Source: Octopus bimaculoides
Lineage: Eukaryota
DNA: 64,000 bases
Direction of reading: 5' to 3'
NCBI RefSeq assembly: GCF_001194135.2
Contig: NC_068998.1
Span: 44,903,607-44,967,606 of the forward strand
The notes under the pieces were generated by a model. It had not been told where the DNA came from. It did no database searches and saw only the letters and a list, made by a program, of their open reading frames with translations. The position numbers and the translations under genes were made by a program. This document shows, piece by piece, positions 38,160 through 50,125 of the stretch (its first letter is position 1; every line of letters starts with the position of its first letter).

Positions 38160-38440
38160 TATACTCTTTTTTGGTGATGCCACAGATTATCTAGATGCAT
38201 ATAGGAAGATATAACAAATACAAATATGCCCTAAGTTTGTAAGAACTGAATATTTTTATAAGCCTGTTCAAGAAGGAACAGTGCTCGGGACTTTTTCAGA
38301 CCCTCCAAATGATCTTTCAATTAGAGATAGAGTGATAAGCATTCTTCTGTACAGGGCACTAATCTGCCTCTGGTAGACTTAATTAGTTGTCTGGTTTAAC
38401 AGCACTATCTGCATCTTGGGTATTATTGACTGTGTCCAGT

Positions 38441-38830
38441 AAGTTCACTGTCATTAATTCACTGTAAGCAAAGTTCACTGTCAATTCACTGCAGGGAAAA
38501 TTCACCATCATCAATTCACCACAGGAAAAAGCTCACTGCCATCAGCTCACCACAGGGTAAGTTCACTGTCATCATTTCACTGCAGGTAAAGTTCACTGTC
38601 ATCAATTGACAGCAGGAAATATTCATTGTCATCAATCCACTGCAGAGTAAGTTCACCATCATCAAGTTACTGTTTTGTTAGTTTTTGTTTTCAGTAAAAT
38701 AGTTTTTAATTATTAATGGTGAGAGATATGATGGATATATTTTCTCAGTAAACTTTCCTCGTGAACTTTTATCACAGTGAATTGATGGCAATGAACTTTC
38801 CCTGCAGTGAATTGACAGTAGTGGACTTAT
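38441..38830. repeat. 30-bp minisatellite (8 units, 38441-38672) with 2-3 inverted units (38761-38830)
   Basis: Consensus about aagttcactgtcatcaattcactgcagggt; inverted copies ccctgcagtgaattga..., cagtgaattgatggcaatgaactt. Confidence 0.9.
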
Positions 38831-39470
38831 CTATAATCACCATTAACAGTGCCAACTTTTTGACAAGCATTTATCCCAGATCTCTGGTTTGAAGATATCT
38901 TCCTCCTACTACTCAGAGAGGCCCTGGAACCCTTTTAAAAAATGTAGCTTTCTCTTAAGTTTAAATCTGTGAAATCAAAATTATACAGAGTAACTGCAAA
39001 AGTTATTTACTCTTTTAACCAAAAAACACAGTTTATAGATGACTCTTTACTTGGTCGCTCAACCTGCTAAAAATAGCTGTCAAATTTTCCTCAAATAACA
39101 TCCTAAAAATTTGGATGGACATGTTAGAAAATATAGTTATGGTTATGTTATCTCTGGAGACGAAAAAAAGAAAGAGTCTGTTACAGCTGGAAAGTCATTG
39201 ACCAGAAGTTCTTTATAAGAGCTTGCGTAGTTCTGCTGAATGAAACAATGGTTCAACAATAACAAGTCTACTGAAACAGCTCAGTGGAAGATTACCTCTT
39301 AATTTATAGCGTTCATTTTCTCTTCTTTCTAAGAGCTTGCATAAGTTTCAAAAATATAATTCCGTGTTATAAACAAATTTTATGAAAGAATGTGAACATT
39401 TTTCTTTCAAGAAAACATATTTCGTGTTTTCCTTTGATTTTTATTCCATTCTCTCTCATCCTCTTATTTT

Positions 39471-39501
<31 letters not shown>

Positions 39502-40029
39502 GTCGTTCTTGTAACTTAAGAAAAAAAAAAAAGAACACAAAACAAAAAATCAATCTATTTCTTTTATCTCCTTCATTACCAATGCAGCATCTGTATTAAG
39601 AAGATACAACTGAAAGCAATATCAGTTCTTGTTTAAGAATTTATAGAAAGTTCTATCTGCTGTTGAAAGACATTATTTTATAATCTAAGCTATTTAGCTC
39701 AAAAAACAATGTTATGCTACATATTTCTAATAGTTGTTTGTTTATACACACACACACACATACACACACACACACACACAAACATACACACAATGATACA
39801 CATGTACATATATATATATAGTTATGTATATATGTAAATATATACAGTAAATACACACATGTATATGTGCATATATACACTCATACACACACACACACAA
39901 TTATAAGCATGTTTCCTTTTGATAATAACTATGGCCGTAGCGTGGAACATTGTACGGAAACGTTCGATTTTGCTACAATCAGAACTTCATTGTTCTTTAT
40001 ATGACATGACATCACACGACTAACGTAAA

Positions 40030-41142
40030 ACAATGATGACGATTCTGAATATGATGATAATAATGATGGTGGCTGTTATGATGTCGATGGTGTAACAGTA
40101 GTGGGGAAAAGGGTGACCATAGAATGGTGGTGATGAGGCTGGTGGGGGTGCCGGTGATTGTAGTCGTGGTCATGATGGTTTGTGCAATTATAAAAATGGG
40201 TGGTGATGGTGATTGTGGTGGTGGTGGTGGTGGTGGAAGGGTTGAATATAGTGTTGTGTGCAATGATAATTATAGATGGTGAGTGTGATGATGATGATGA
40301 TGATGGTGGTGGTGGCAGTAGTCGTCATCATCGTCATCATGATGGTGGTGTTGGTAGTGGTTATGGACTGTGTGTGCAATGATGATAATGGGTGGTGGCC
40401 CTGATGGTGAGGATACTAGTGGTGGGGGGGTAGGGGGGGGTCATGACAGAAATGATTGGAATGTTGATAGCGATGATGGTGGTCAACGATGACTGTCGAT
40501 GACCCTGATGATGGTGATGAGAGAGGTAGTGGTGTTCATGATGGCAAGAGGGAGAAAGCTACAAAGTGATGATGATGATGATGATTACAAGAGGGATGAT
40601 AGTGCAGATAAACTCATTTCTAACTCCTTCTTTTCCTCTGCCACCAAAAAAAAAGAAACATATAGTTAAACAACAAAGTGACCAAATAAGAGAGACTGGG
40701 GTATTTTAAACCATCATCTTACTATTTACATGAAAAAAATAAGAAAAAAACCCCAAAAATAATTTGGCTTTCTGTACTTGTTGTTATTGCTGTTGTTTTT
40801 CTCTGGTTTTCTTTTAATGAATACTGGTATTTGGTTTGTTTTGTTATTTCCTTTTTTCATTTTTTTTTTTTGATGTTTTATTTTTGAGACTTGCTGTCTA
40901 TTGTTGTTCTGGTTGTCTATTGTTGTTGTTGTTGTTGTTGTTGTGTGAGTGTAGAAAAAGAAATCCTACAGTCTGAGAACCCTTCAGTTTTATGGTATTG
41001 ATTCTGAGCTGTCTATTTTGAAAATGGAAATTATTAAAAAAATTATGCCCAAAGGGTGATGGTGGCAGGAGGGCAAGGGGTGGTGGTGATATAAACAGAG
41101 AGAGAGACAGAGAGAGCACAAAGGAGAGAGAAATAGCATGGA

Positions 41143-41173
<31 letters not shown>

Positions 41174-41680
41174 CATGAAGGGGAGAAAGGAGAAGAGAGA
41201 GAAGGAAAAGAACGTAGGAGTGATTGAATAATGTCAGGGTGGTTATGAAGGCAGGGAGGAAGAAAAGAACAAAAAAATGATGAAATGTCTACACATCTAA
41301 ATGTGAAAGAAGAAAAAAAAATAACTCTTTTTAATGTATATTTGGGAAGATGATGTAAGAGAAGGTGGTGGAGGTGTGTGTGATAGTTGTGATGGTGGTG
41401 GCGACAGTAATGGCTGGGTTGTGGTGCAGTTGTTTTGGGGGGTGGTGGTGGAAAGTAGCTGAGGAAGGAAAAGTAAGGGAGAAGGAGCAGGAGGAGAAAA
41501 AGAAAGAAAAAAAAAGAAATGGATTAAGGGGAGAGGAAGAGATGGGGAGGAGGGAAGGAAAATCGGTAGGAGGTGGGGAAGAATGACAAAGAGGAGAAAG
41601 GAAGAAGAGAAGGTTGTAGGATGAGGAGGAAAAAGAAGAAAAAAGAGGAGGGGGAGGAGGAACTGAACTGAAAGGAAAAA
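40030..41680. repeat. Low-complexity zone: (GGT/GAT)n, (TTG)n, (GA)n and polypurine tracts
   Basis: Directly visible; explains the His/Thr/Asp-rich spurious ORFs. Confidence 0.9.
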
Positions 41681-43370
41681 AATAAAAATGTTGTGTTATG
41701 TGTTTATTGATTGATGAAAATATGACACAATATGAAATTTACCTCAATTTCTACCAAGATATAAGAAATATGAACAAATTCTTTGAGACAGCCTCCCATA
41801 ACCCACCCCATCCAAGCCACTGCCATCATGACCTAACCTTACCAGTTCAAGAACTAAATAAAATAAACTTCCCCAGAAGAGTAATTGATTTGAGAGAAAT
41901 GGTATCTGTTTGTTGAATTTTGATATATTGTAATTTATGATAATCTATGTAATTCTGTGAAATAATCTGTCCCTGGTTTGAAATTGTTTGCAACTTAGAT
42001 TTTACTTTGTGAGCAGAAGAGGAGAAATACAATCGTTTTGTTGCTGTTTAGTCCCCAGATTAGCCTTAAATTAGTAATTATATTAAAAGGAGTTCCAATC
42101 ATGACCATCCTTTTTTTGATCATGCCTAGTGTAGTATACAGGACCACATTTTTATGCAATGTGTCCTCTTCTTTTTTTTAACACAATAGGGTCAGTAGTT
42201 TGTGATTTGAAGGAGATTTTGCTGCTTTTTCTAGCAGAACATGAGGCTGCAATGAGGTTCCGTTGTTTGCTCAAACTGAGTGCATTGGTACTTTTAAGCC
42301 CGAGTCAACTCTGATTGGGCAGATTTCTGACAAGTGTTTTATTAACCTTCTCTGTGTTCAGAGTTTTAATACCAAGCACAACAAACAACAATAATCCAAG
42401 TACCAGTAATATATTAGAGATGATTCACTCAACTATAACATCTCCCTAACCTCTACAAAATTCGACTTTATTATGGATAATCAGAAAAATATTTGATTAT
42501 AAGAATGGTTTGAATACAAGTGGATTAAAACATCATTTGAGCAGCAAAGGTAATATCTACTGAAAAGCTGACTAAATTGGTATAGACATGTAGTTGTTTA
42601 GTACCAGGTGAATTCCCTCGATTGAACAAACCTTATGATGAAAGATATTCTAGCCATGACCATGCTTTGGGTAAAAGAAAATACAGGCAGATTAGTTAAT
42701 TGTGATTTTATTCAACATATTCCCCTCTCAGATTCACACACTTATTGCAGCAGTCTTTCAGTTTTTGTAAGCCCCTGTAAAAGAACTCAGAAAGCTGGGC
42801 CTCCAACTAGGCCCTTTGTAATACCCTGAAAGCCAGGGATTTTTCAGTACTTCTTTGTAAGCTGAGTAAATGGAAGCAATTTCTGACACAAGTTTACTTA
42901 TGGAAGATACTTGTTACAGGATTGAGATGATGGAAGAGAAGACATGAATAGATAAAGTAATTTGATCCAATTTAGGAATTGTCAATTTCACAGATGAAAT
43001 GACTCTGGATCAAAGATACATTTTCATTTAGCATTTAATCAGATGAGTTAGAGCAGTATCCCAATGATTTTAGGGTCATCTAGACCTTGGGTTGAGGCAT
43101 ATGGATAATGGGAATAGTGATCCAGTGGTCAAGAGGAGAATAGAAGTACAGAATGAATGAATGAATGAATGAATGAACACCAGGTAATGAAGACAGTAGT
43201 GGTGGTAGTAGTGGTGACGATAGTAGTAGTGGCAGTGGTGGCAGCATCTTTTTGCTTGCAATCAACTCTTAATGAGAGCTATGGTCAAAAGTATTCCATT
43301 CATGACTATCCTGTCTTTTTGTGTTAATATATCATAGTCCAATGTGCTCTTATTTAATATACTACTACAT

Positions 43371-43785
43371 CAGTGCTTCTCAAATCTGATGGGACATACT
43401 GGCAGTTTTTTTTCCAATGTGCCAGGGACTGGTAATATTTCTTAGTAATATTTATTTATACTGGAAACAATATACAGGGTGTCCACAAAGTCTGGGTACA
43501 TGGCGATTAACACATGCTTTAAGAAATTAATATTTCTTATATTTAATTGTTTATGTTATGATTTTATTTACTCCATGTACCCAGACCTTGTGAACACCCT
43601 GTATATAAAAATATAATAAAAGTTGATAATTTTTTTTTATCTTATATTTATTTTGTAAACAAATCATACAATATTACATAAACATTTTATAATGTTTCTT
43701 TCTTTTCTGAAAACTCACTGCATACCAGCAGCTGATGGCTTGTGGACCGGCACCAGTCTATGGACCACCACTTTGAGTAGCACTG
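43371..43785. mobile_element. hAT-family MITE (415 bp) with perfect 8-bp TSD
   Basis: TIRs cagtgcttctcaaa / tttgagtagcactg; TSD tactacat at 43363-43370 and 43786-43793. Confidence 0.92.
43475..43601. mobile_element. Tc1/mariner MITE (127 bp) nested in the hAT MITE
   Basis: 29-bp TIRs cagggtgtccacaaagtctgggtacatgg / ccatgtacccagaccttgtgaacaccctg (2 mismatches), TA on both sides. Confidence 0.93.
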
Positions 43786-44139
43786 TACTACATGATTTGA
43801 AAGAGAGAAAAAGGAAAGGACATATAAAGGCTTCCTTATCAGCTTGATAGAGAAGATAGTGACTGATGATGAATCAGTGGTAAAGCAATATCCAGGGGAC
43901 ATCCATGAAGAACTACAGCATAGCAAGCTTATTTGGCCAAAGGAACATATAAACACTAATACTAAAACAATGTTTATGGTTGTTATTCAACCTCATGTCT
44001 ACTCTACTCAAGTAGACATGTGATCAAAGGTGCTCTACCTGTGATCCCATCCAGTGTTTTTGTTGTAGATATACTGTAACAAGTATTTCATTACATAATG
44101 TGTTGTTCTTATTTGATAATGGTAAGAACGTAATTTAGT

Positions 44140-44425
44140 GGAGGTGTGTCATTAAGTGGTTAGGATGTTGGACTCACGATTGTAAGATTGTGGTTTCAAT
44201 TCCTGGACTGGGTGATACATTGTGTTCTTGAACAAAACTCTTCATTGCTCCAGTCTGCTCAGCTGTAGAAATGAGTACCACTAGTGAAGGCACATCACTT
44301 AGTGGTTAGGGTGTCGGATTCACAACTGTAAGACTGGTTTCAATCCCTGGACCAGGCAATCCGTTGTTCTTGAGCAAAGCACTTCATTTCATGTCGCTCC
44401 AGTCCACTCAGCTGTAGAAATGAGT
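44140..44425 (+). mobile_element. Head-to-tail dimer of family C-type SINE 5' halves
   Basis: Two ~140-bp units (44140-44279, 44286-44425), each tRNA-like head through cagctgtagaaatgagt. Confidence 0.8.
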
Positions 44426-44591
44426 TAAGTCTGGGGACATGCTGCATGGCTGAAGTATCTCAAGGGGTTAAGAGACTTGTCAATTGTCAAAGAATGTAAT
44501 TTATAGGAAATTTGGCCAGTATTTCTTGCAGGTCTGGAATCAACATAGCAGCATGATAACAATGATGACAGCGATTATAAAGAACTGAAAT

Positions 44592-44808
44592 AATGGTTTC
44601 AAATTTTGGCACAAAGCCAGCAATTTCAGCAGAGTTGTCAAGTCAATTACATCAACCCATTATTCAACTGGTACTTCTTTTATCAGTGCCAAAAGGACAA
44701 ACGGCAAAGTCAACCTTAGTGGAATTTGAACTCAGAAAATAAAGATGGACGAAATGCCACTAAGCATTTTGTCCAACATGCTAATAGTTCTGCCAGCTCA
44801 CCACCTCA
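44592..44808 (-). mobile_element. SINE family B, full length
   Basis: Reverse complement of 17797-18010. Confidence 0.88.
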
Positions 44809-45365
44809 TGAATACCTGAAATATTAGGACTGAACACACCTAATTTATTCAATATTGTTGTGAACTTAGAACATTTAATTCATCAGTTCATGAAATCTTT
44901 TCTCATAGCATCTGATCTTTTTTTTTTAATTTTTATTTTTCCTTTTTTTTTTATATCTTCAATGTGATATTTTTTCTTCAATTTTTGTTGTTTTTTTTTA
45001 TATTTTTGTATTTTTGTATTTTGGTATTTCTTCTCCAATTAGTTTTTCGATAGTAGCTTATTTGGTGCCAGAACTTCTCACAAGAGTTTAAATTACTTTT
45101 CATTTGATTTCTTTCTGTAGTTACAACAATGGTTTGCTGACATTTTCCTCCTCAGAAAATGACTTGAGATACCCCTGCTCCCTCACTCTACCCCATCTCA
45201 CTTATAGTGTTCTCATATTTAATGTGTTTATACAACAGAGGAAAGAGCATGAATAGGAGACACACCATTAGATTTCTCATAAATAGGAACCAACAATCCT
45301 CGAAATATATTCTCTTGATTATTGTCATATCTTTAATAATACTGTTTTCATGCATGTGCACACGT

Positions 45366-45420
<55 letters not shown>

Positions 45421-45516
45421 TCCACAAACATGCTTATGTATGCACATAGCATGTAAATTTTGATTACATGTGTTGAAAATATAGGACTCCATACAAATTG
45501 CTTTATGTTTATTCAT

Positions 45517-45562
<46 letters not shown>

Positions 45563-45814
45563 GCACACATATATGTGTATGTAATATATATAAATGTTTG
45601 TATTAGGTGTGCATATATGTATACGTGTATAATGTATATATGCATATTTATATGAATATAGCATATATATATAACATATGTATCTATGTAATGCATATGT
45701 GTATGAATGTATATTATTAAAGCTAAAAATAATAATGTACTTTGAGAGTGGTCAGTTCCCATTTATGACAAAGTTAATGTTGTGTCTCGTTTTATGTCTT
45801 TATTCACAGTGGAA

Positions 45815-46300
45815 TGCTTTAAAACCAGTACTTAAATCTTAAAACTACGTTTAAACATGCTGACAACGAAACCATTTTCAAGTCACATACTGAACTTGAA
45901 AGATCGCAACACTGATAAATTTAATATAACCTGGTCTAAACTGCACTTAGCATTAAGTACACTCGACTGTTCAAATTTATGTGGCCTTCACAATGATAAA
46001 AACTCTTCAATCTTACCCAGACATAAAACACCTTAGAAAGATCAGAGTTATTTTCTGTGTGTTGTCACAAAAATAAGTTCATTATTTCATACATAAACGT
46101 AACTATTGAGCCAAACTAAACACTAGTTAACAGTCAAAACATGGAAGTCAATATATTACCAATCATATACAAATATATTGGAAGCTGGCAATATGTCTAA
46201 CCAAACTGATAACTCTGCCTAAATGTCATGGAAACATTCTTCTAGTCAGCCTTTGCAGCTGAATGTCCAAGGTCAAGGACATGAAGCTCTGAGAAATAGA
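45815..46300 (+). mobile_element. Penelope-like element 3' fragment: GIY-YIG endonuclease C-terminus plus 3' terminal region
   Basis: YLNLKTTFKHAD / SSHILNLKDRNTDKFNITWSKL..CSNLC / NTLERSELFSVCCHKNKFII, matching the PLE GIY-YIG pattern LSxHIWxLK..I.WSIL..RCNLC..LNKRSEL.S.CRHKNKF; frameshifted; flanked by microsatellites. Confidence 0.8.
46259..46295 (+). ncRNA. Degenerate hammerhead ribozyme relic
   Basis: CUGA-AUGUCC aaggucaa GGACAU-GAAG-CUC U GAG-AA: stem II (6 bp) and stem III retained, core damaged; lies downstream of the PLE ORF end. Confidence 0.45.
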
Positions 46301-46383
46301 ATATTGTAAGCAAGAATTATATCTGTCTATCTAACTGTCTATTTATCTATCTGTCTGTCTATCTCAGTCTCTCTCTCTCTCTC

Positions 46384-46418
<35 letters not shown>

Positions 46419-46785
46419 NNNNNNNNNNNNNNNNNNNNNNNNNNNNNNNNNNNNNNNNNNNNNNNNNNNNNNNNNNNNNNNNNNNNNNNNNNNNNNNNNN
46501 NNNNNNNNNNNNNNNNNNNNNNNNNNNNNNNNNNNNNNNNNNNNNNNNNNNNNNNNNNNNNNNNNNNNNNNNNNNNNNNNNNNNNNNNNNNNNNNNNNNN
46601 NNNNNNNNNNNNNNNNNNNNNNNNNNNNNNNNNNNNNNNNNNNNNNNNNNNNNNNNNNNNNNNNNNNNNNNNNNNNNNNNNNNNNNNNNNNNNNNNNNNN
46701 NNNNNNNNNNNNNNNNNNNNNNNNNNNNNNNNNNNNNNNNNNNNNNNNNNNNNNNNNNNNNNNNNNNNNNNNNNNNNNNNNNNNN

Positions 46786-46826
<41 letters not shown>

Positions 46827-47684
46827 TATATATATATATTATTTTAGCATGTACCTCTCCATGCTTGCATGTGTTGGAAAGAGTCGGAAAGGCAGATTTT
46901 CTATGGCCAGATACTTTCCCATTGCCAACCCTCACCTGTTTCCTGTTTCCAAGCAAGGTAATATTTGTCGTAGATTTAACAAGGGAAATATCTCTTCTAT
47001 TAACTACTGCCAGCTGCCATTTCAATATTAGTGTTATCTTGAATGTTTGAAGAATGTCAGTACAATGCAGTGAATAAATCTGGATAATCTGTAAATCTAT
47101 AACATCCAAGCTTCTGAAATTAGCTGATTTATTTTCTAAAAGTTAACAGAACTGAGTAAAAGAATCAAAGAAAATAATGTATTAATCAAGATTCTTTGAC
47201 AGTGTCAAACTTTGCATGTACACCTTACAATGGTGGAGATCTTGAAGCACAATGAGCCAGTGCAGTTAATGAATTATTCTGTTCTAAGAGTTCCTTGTTC
47301 TCAAAGTCTGAATCTTCAAATTGTAAATTCAGTGATTGTTTATTATGTTCAAGATTGATATCACAATTGATAAACAGGATTAGTTTCTCTGAGGTATTTG
47401 GTGATCTATTTCAACAGATTATGTGGCAGGTGGCATGTAGAATCGACAGAGCATCAATCAACTTACTTTGTGGAATTTGATTATGCTATTTTACATTCTG
47501 TCTTCAAATCCTATTGAGGTCCACTTTACTATTTGGAAAGACTTAAACATCACAACATCCCGTTTCTTCTTTCTATAAATCTGAAGCATTTTGCTTAGTT
47601 CAAATGAAATTAAGTGACACCAGGCTGGAGGAAAATAATGAGATAATAAAGCATTAGGATGGATGTATTAATGTTTTGTTATTA

Positions 47685-47856
47685 GGCGCAGGAGTGGCTG
47701 TGTGGTAAGTAGCTTGCTTACCAACCACATGGTTCCGGGTTTAGTCCCACTGCCTGGCACCTTGGGCGAGTGTCTTCTACTATAGCCTCGGGCCGACCAA
47801 AGCCTTGTGAGTGGATTTGGTAGATGGAAACTGAAAGAAGCCCGTCGTATATATGC

Positions 47857-47900
<44 letters not shown>

Positions 47901-48100
47901 GTGTGTGTGTGTTTGTGTGTCTGTGTTTGTCCACCCCCCCATCATCGCTTGACAACCGATGCTGGTGTGTTTACGTCCCTGTAACTTAGCGGTTCGGCAA
48001 AAAAGAGACCGATAGAATAATTACTAGGTTTACAAAGAATAAGTCCTGGGGTCGATTTGCTCGACTATAGGCGGTGCTCCAGCATGGCCACAATCAAATG
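47685..48100 (+). mobile_element. SINE family A, young and near full length, followed by a family D tail (48100-48160)
   Basis: Retains many CpGs; nearly identical to 22292-22691 and 60245-60601. Confidence 0.93.
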
Positions 48101-49384
48101 AGCAGGTTGTTCAATTGATCCTAGCAACTGGAACCCTTATTGTCATAACCAACAGGGTGCTTGTCTCAGTGCTTCCAAGAATTGTGACAGGAAGGGAGGA
48201 GACTATCATCAGCCCTTGCTATAGAGTGAGCTTCAAAATGTATGCCAAGACACATTGAATAACTGAATTATTCAATGCGTTTTTTGATACATTTTGAAAA
48301 TAGTCAGGTACAATTTGCTGCCATTTCTAACAAGCCTGTTAACCCTGTATAAGCTTCCTTGTTGGCTTCATATACTCAGGTTGATGCAATTGGTTGTCCT
48401 CATTCAAATTCATTGTCCCCATTCAAATTAGTTGCTCACATTCAAAGCTAACATTCCTTCTAATGAAGAAAAATCAAGTGAAATTCTGTTAACATACACA
48501 GACTCTAAAGTATGTTTATTGCTCGAATATTACTTGTTAGATTCTGAAATGATGTTTTTATTATAAGATTTTTTTAGAAATTATTGGCTAACTATGTTGT
48601 AAAAAGAAAATGTTGGTTATTTTACACGCATTCTTTAGATAAATTTTCCTCTTAGCTGACAAAAATATTGATTTTCTTTCCTTGATTTTTCTCTGTTTTA
48701 ATCTGCTCTTTCTTTCCTTTACTGAGAGAATATGACAAAGTTATGGAGAAATTCTCAAATTTAATAATTTTCATTTATTTGTTTATTTATTTGCTTATTT
48801 TTGATAGAATTAAAACATTTAGTCTAGGTATAGAAATCTTTTGTTAGCATTCTTATTTAGCCTAAGGTTAGGCCTGATTGAGTACATTGTAATCAGTGGG
48901 TTTCTAGCTGTATCTTCCTATCTTTTTGTATATCCAGGACATAATTATAGGATTTACTCTCTTTTTTTTTTTTTTAAGATAGTAGAGCGTGATTTGAGAA
49001 AGATTTGGAAGCTATATCTAGCAGGTCATATGGCCACGTAAAACTCCCTTTTCCCCCTTACGGCCTCATAGAACAGAGGCAGTAAGGAGAAGAAATTGTG
49101 GAATAGCAGACAAAACACTCTACAGTATTTAGCGCCATCCTGACATGAGTTCAAAACTTAAGTGCTTACCGAGTATACTATTCAATAAATAACAAAATAA
49201 ATACCAGTTATATACCATACTGTTGGTTCAGTTCATTATATCTGTCTCCCCTTAAAACACTGGCTTTGTGTCTATATAAGAATTCAAGATTTAGTGTAAA
49301 TAGGGAGGCTTACAAATGCCATAAACTTATAATACTGGATTAATGATCAAGCGGTCATCTATTCCTACTTTACTATTGTAGGTG

Positions 49385-49847
49385 CCATCATGGCTATGTG
49401 ATTGAGAAGTTTGCTCCCAACTGTGTTGTCTTGGGTTCAGTCCCACTGTGCAGCACTTTGGGCAAGTGTCTTGTATTATAGCCAACCGATACTTTGTGAG
49501 TGGATTTAATAGAGGAAAACTAAAAGGAGTCCTATACAGTTCTATATTTAAAAGATGAGGAACTATGTACATTATTTACATTATTTACATTTGATGAGGA
49601 AACATATCCGTCAAATTTAAATAATGTAAATAATGTAAAAGGAGTCTGTCATGATTATATGTGTTTGAATTACATATATTTTGTTTCCATAGTATATGAT
49701 TAAATTTTCATCTCTCCTAACTTTATGTAAAACTGTATACATACATAGTCTGATGGTGTGGCATCTTGGATAAATGTCTTCTACTAGAGCCCTGGTCCAT
49801 CCAAAGCCTTGAGAGTGGATTTGGTACATGTAAACTGAAAGCCCACA

Positions 49848-49903
<56 letters not shown>

Positions 49904-50125
49904 ACGTGTGTATGTGTTTTTCTCCCATCACATGCTTGACAACCTATGTTGATTTGTTTACATCCCCATAACTTAGCAGTTCAGTGAATGAGACTGACAG
50001 AATAACTACGAAGCTTAGAAAAAAAAAAGAAGTACTAGGGTCGATTTGTTTGACTGAAACCCTTCAATGCAGTGCCCCAGCATGACTGCAATCCAATGAC
50101 TGAATCAAGTAAAAGATGAAAAGAC
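49385..50125 (+). mobile_element. Composite: SINE A head (49385-49531), inserted fragments (49533-49745), second 5'-truncated SINE A (49755-50125)
   Basis: Family A motifs on both sides of an AT-rich insert that contains a 29-bp-arm palindrome and a tacagt-type terminus. Confidence 0.7.

Noticed and set aside
38441-38672. CRISPR-like array
   Set aside because: Units are contiguous with no unique spacers, there are no cas genes, and the context is eukaryotic.
40420-40441. G-quadruplex potential (G7-TA-G8)
   Set aside because: Only two runs inside a degenerate (GGT)n tract; nothing suggests function.
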